Positions 59,801 to 64,000 of a stretch of 64,000 bases of DNA are shown here, in pieces. Source of the stretch: Rhodosorus marinus CCMP1338 (Eukaryota > Plantae > Rhodophyta); contig JAMWBK010000010.1 in assembly GCA_029953675.1 (NCBI GenBank), forward strand, positions 806,001-870,000, in the 5' to 3' direction. How positions within the stretch are numbered: the first letter of the stretch is position 1; each line of letters begins with the position of its first letter. The translations under genes were made by a program, and so were the position numbers. The notes under the pieces were generated by a model. That model had not been told where the DNA came from, ran no database searches, and saw nothing but the letters and a program-made list of their open reading frames with translations.

Positions 59801-62800
59801 ATGAGCAACGAAAGCGACGGCAAGGGGGCGCTTCACTTGGCTTTGTCTTCGGTATGCACGATCGTGCAAAGCAAGGATAGATTTGTATTAGGTCAACAAG
59901 TACTTCAGTGTCTGAAGAACACAGATCCGCAGGTGGGGGATTTACTGTCGAGGAAATCGCTCGGCGTTGTTATCATTTTGTACGGGAAGAGGTATGTACT
60001 TGAGGCTCTGTCTTCGGGAGGACGGCTATACATTCGCCACGGTGGTTCCGCTTCAATTGACGAGATTCTGTGGAAGCTCGCGGAAGTTGGTGCTTGAACA
60101 GGACAAATCCCATGCTATCGACTGAAGGACTTGTGCCGGTCCATTTCCGGGGAAAACCGTATACCAAACCCAGTCTATGTTATTGAATTCTATGGGAAAA
60201 GCTATGGACTAGGACTGTCGAGAAGCGCAAAGACAATCGTGGTTTCCAGGAGTTCCAAGGCCGGAAAAGCTGAGCAATATTTGAAAGCCAAGTGTGCCAG
60301 GAAGCTTGCCAAGTTCATCGCGAACAAGGGTGGCGTCATCGCCGGATCGACTATGGGCGAGTTCGACGCAGAATCACGCAGTTCGCAGCCTATCATCCGT
60401 GGGCTTGCGAAATTCGTGGATGACTTTGGACCTCGGGTTGGGCTCACGTATAGGAGGGACGAGTGCAGTTTCCATGTTCTTGTGGAGGATCACAAGTTCA
60501 ATTCAGATGCTTTCGTAGACAGGCTCCAGAAGAAGGAGTTAGGGGACACGGAGCTCACCTTCTATAGAAAAGTCCAAGAACGGACTCCGGGTGTCCAAGT
60601 TGCCAGCCGATGACAAATGGCACGGAATGTCCGGAGTCCTGCAAATGCCGATCACCACTAGCAATCACAATGAAACAACGATTTTCTTTTTGGAATCTGC
60701 TGAGATCTATGGCATCGATAAGGAATGTTTCAGCCTCAATGGACTGCGGACCCCAACGGAGATCTTATCAGGAAAAGGCAGGACCGCATCCATTGTGTGC
60801 TCGAATGCGCTGAAAAGGTATAGTGTTCTGCAAGCTGTGCTGGTCCTGCGTTTTCGAGGAGACGACGATGGGGAGCGGTTTGTTATCGGTCGCTTACTCC
60901 GGACTCGCTGCTCTCAAAACCCAGAGCTGGCCTTGCAGTACGCTCCTGTAGCACCAGCTCAACACAAGCCCAGGATGCCAAGAATCGGTCGCCACCCTGT
61001 AGTCCTGGTCAACGAAAAGTTACCCCACAGTGGAGGGATGCGCAAGTTTCCAATACCCCTAGCTGCACACAACTTGCCGAAAGAGTGGAAGAAGATGCTG
61101 ATAGAGAACCGAAAGGAGACCTGCAGACTTTTGGAAGGAACGCATAAGAATGGAGACTATACTCTTCATATGACGCGACTGCTTTTCACTGAAGAACACG
61201 CAATGCATGAGGACATGAAGCGTTATGACATGTTCAACGTTGTGCTGAAGAAGAACAGTCTGGAAGTCCCAGGTCTTGCTGAGAAGAGGCCTTCGGTGCT
61301 TAGAGGAGACATTGTACTGATATCTACAAACGAGAGGACTTTTGAAGGTTTGGTTACTCAAGTTCAATTGACGACCATATCCTTGCGATTTCCTCGATCC
61401 TTCAACTACGTCCCCGGAACGCCAGTTCATGTTCGTTTCAAATTGCGGCGAACGAGAATCAGGCAGATGCACCAGGGAATCCATCTGCTTAGCCGGGAGC
61501 ACGTGACGGGGCTGGTGCAATCGATTTTTCCTAGCGAAATAGGACCACCCAATGGTTCTAAGAAGCAAGCGAATGCCGTGGTGACGTGTCGTCACCTCAA
61601 CCAAGAGCAGAGGGCTTGCGTGGAGAACATAGTGTACCCGGAAGTGACGGGGTTCCCGTACGTGATATTTGGTCCACCTGGAACGGGGAAGACTGCTACT
61701 TTGACTTCAGCAGTTAAGGAGCTGTTGACTGTGTTCCCACAGAAGAAGGTGCTCCTGTGTACTCCGACGAATGAAACAGCGGATTTAATGGTTGAACGAC
61801 TTGCAGAAATCATGCCGGAGCTCTCGATACGGGAGATGTACAGACTGATGGCGTTCTCGAGGTCGGACGCTTCTACCTCGGACGCGGCGATGGATTTCAC
61901 GATGTACGATGACGCCAGCCGTTCGTTCCCGACTCCGGAGGTCGATTTTCTGCGCTCGAAAAGACTAGTCGTGTCCACGCTTTGCACGAGCGCCAAGCTC
62001 TTCAACATGGGAATGCGGCGCGGTCACTTCTCGTTGATTGCGGTTGACGAGGTCGGTCAAGCGATGGAACCTGAAGTGCTCAGCGTTTTGGGCGGACTGA
62101 TGGCTCCCAGCACGCAGCTAGTACTTGCCGGGGATCCGAAGCAACTGGGACCGGTTGTACATTCTGACCTTGCGGTGAGGTACGGCCTGGGAGTTTCCTA
62201 TCTAGACCGGATTGGGCTTGCGAAGGCGTACGCCAGGGACACGGCCAAGCACCCAAGTACTTGCGGATTTGACCCCAGGGTTATCACCGAGCTGGTACGA
62301 ACTTATCGACTGCCCGAGAAACTGCTTGAAGTTCCGAATACGTTGTTCTACGAAGGAGAGATGATAGCCTGCTCAAGGGTTAGACCCTTGCCATGGTCCT
62401 CACTTCCTCGACAGGACATCCCTTTGATGTTCACCAATGTTGCTGGGGAGGAGATGCGAGAAGGCAGCTCTCCCTCCTGGTTCAACGTTGAGGAATTGAT
62501 CCAAGTCTTGGTGTACGTCAAGGATCTTGTTCAACATCATGGGGTTCTGGAACAGGACATTGTGGTGGTTACCCCCTATGCCAAACAGAGCCAGAAGATT
62601 CGGACTGCACTAAAAAAAGAGGGGCTGGTCCCGCGTGAAGGTGGGCTCAACCGAACAATTCCAGGGGCAAGAACGTCGCGTCATCTTGATTTCGACTGTG
62701 CGCAGTTCACAAACGTTTCTGAACTTTGACAAACAACACCATATTGGTTTTCTGGGCAACGCGAGAAGGTTCTACGTTGCAATAACGAGGCCGAAAGAGC

Positions 62801-62925
62801 TCCTGGTCGTGATAGGTAATGCACAAGTCTTATCTTCAGATAAGCACTGGAAGCATTTGATAGACTTTTGCATAGCTCAAGGTGCTTTCAGAGGACAGCT
62901 TCCAGTTCCCAACCAAACTGAATAG
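59801..62925 (+). CDS. SDE3/MOV10: MOV10/SDE3-like SF1 RNA helicase, with two apparent +1 frameshifts (pseudogene or assembly error)
   Basis: LLFTEE..DMKRYDM, EVPGLAEKRPSVLRGD, FGPPGTGKT, VDEVGQA, LAGDPKQLGP, VGSTEQFQGQE and NARRFYVAITRPK. Probable intron at 60086-60127. Frame changes near 60567 and 62612. Confidence 0.85.
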
Positions 62926-63849
62926 GTGGTCTCTTTAACCTAGACCTCCTATTCAGAATATTGCTCCAACTTGAGTTTTTTTTGCTCGTGAGCACATGGG
63001 GTAACAAGTCTCTTGAGATATGACTACAGGGTTTTGAAGCTGCGTGGGGAAGCATGTCCAACACGTTGTATCTGCGTCCAAGTCACGAAAAACATGTTCC
63101 ATTGGATGATACCGTGTTGAGGTGCTTTTTCCATAATGCTTACTTCTCATCATGCCTCGACGAGCTAAAACTTTCATTCATGCTCGTAATCGATCGCTTG
63201 GTTTTTTAAAGCAGAAAGCAGCCTTGCCAGCATAACAGCTGCGAATCAGCGAAGCTGTTGCTGACGGGCGGACGAAATCTGCCCATAGGCGCTGTTGAGC
63301 CCTTTTTGTTTACCCTCTTGAGATTGCTTTGAGGACCAAGAAATCAAAGACGAACGATCTGAGCACATCAACCTAGGAAAGGAAGCGCTTTCACAGTCCT
63401 TAACTAGAAGGGAAGAATTTGTTTCCATGATATGAGCCCTTCCCGAAGTTGCTTTGCGACAAGGCGTCCATGAGCAATGGCTTGCGACTGTTGGGGTGAC
63501 CCGCTTGGTCAAGTTCCACGCAAGACGACTGGTTTGCTCAGCTCGGGAAAGGGTAGTGGTCTTGTTTTCAGAAGCCTATCAGCTTTCGCGTATATTCCAT
63601 CGTGAGCATTTGCAGCTACCCCGCCCCCAAGTGCAAAGAACTCGGGGCAAGAGTGCCATATACTAGGGCTCTTGAAGCATTAAAAATGTTCGAGACAAGG
63701 AGCTTGCGGCAGACGATTAGAAGCACACAGCTATCATGGACTTATTCGTGCGCGAGAATCGGGGCACTCTCCTTATAATTTGGAATCCTTATCTGGTTTA
63801 ATTACTGTACTTTTTCATTATTGACATTAGTAGCATTGTTAAAAAATAT

Positions 63850-64000
63850 TTAGAACAAGTTAGCCTCAATCCCCTTCTCCAAATACACAAAGTCCTCAAA
63901 GTGCTCGGCAGTGATCTTTAGCTCTTCCGTCAGCTGTGCAGTAGATGGCGAGGGAAGCAGCATCAACGTCTTCACAACGGCCTTAGGCAAATTCAGTTGA
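63850..64000 (-). CDS. 3' end of an unidentified gene running off the window
   Basis: An open frame of 49 codons to TAA (QLNLPKAVVKTLMLL...EKGIEANLF*) followed by AT-rich 3' sequence. It is missing from the ORF track because it has no start codon. Confidence 0.6.
   Translation of the reverse strand, partial: QLNLPKAVVKTLMLLPSPSTAQLTEELKITAEHFEDFVYLEKGIEANLF

Noticed and set aside
62953-63700. Second decayed TE downstream of the helicase
   Set aside because: Broken frames without any identifiable TE motif.

Overview
This is a compact, intron-containing eukaryotic nuclear region, not prokaryotic. It has short GT-AG introns (mostly ~40-100 nt), AT-rich spacers and G/T-rich leaders on the sense strand. 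Plastid-transit-like N-termini, a CDPK and a nuclear mitochondrial-type EF-Tu point to a photosynthetic alga, most plausibly a red alga (inference). Confident housekeeping genes are mitochondrial EF-Tu, a bifunctional nuclease (DUF151+UVR), a C2H2 zinc-finger protein, PP2A B55, a PQ-loop transporter, a CA1P-phosphatase-like protein, an MFS transporter, a Nup153/Nup1-like nucleoporin, RPS3, an alpha/beta hydrolase and a CDPK. The most unusual content is: (1) a 1477-aa intronless ORF with a Ty1/copia Gag capsid domain, ~1200 aa of disordered sequence and a zinc knuckle but no pol or LTRs, a candidate domesticated Gag; (2) a neighbouring pair of secreted proteins sharing a tandem Cys-bridged CBM-like module, one of them on a trypsin-like protease; (3) a SAP domain fused to the Nup153-like nucleoporin; (4) a MOV10/SDE3 helicase with a possible LOTUS-like N-terminus and two +1 frameshifts, lying head-to-head with a decayed REL-endonuclease LINE. 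No rRNA, tRNA or CRISPR array was seen. All family calls come from motif recognition by eye; no database search was run.
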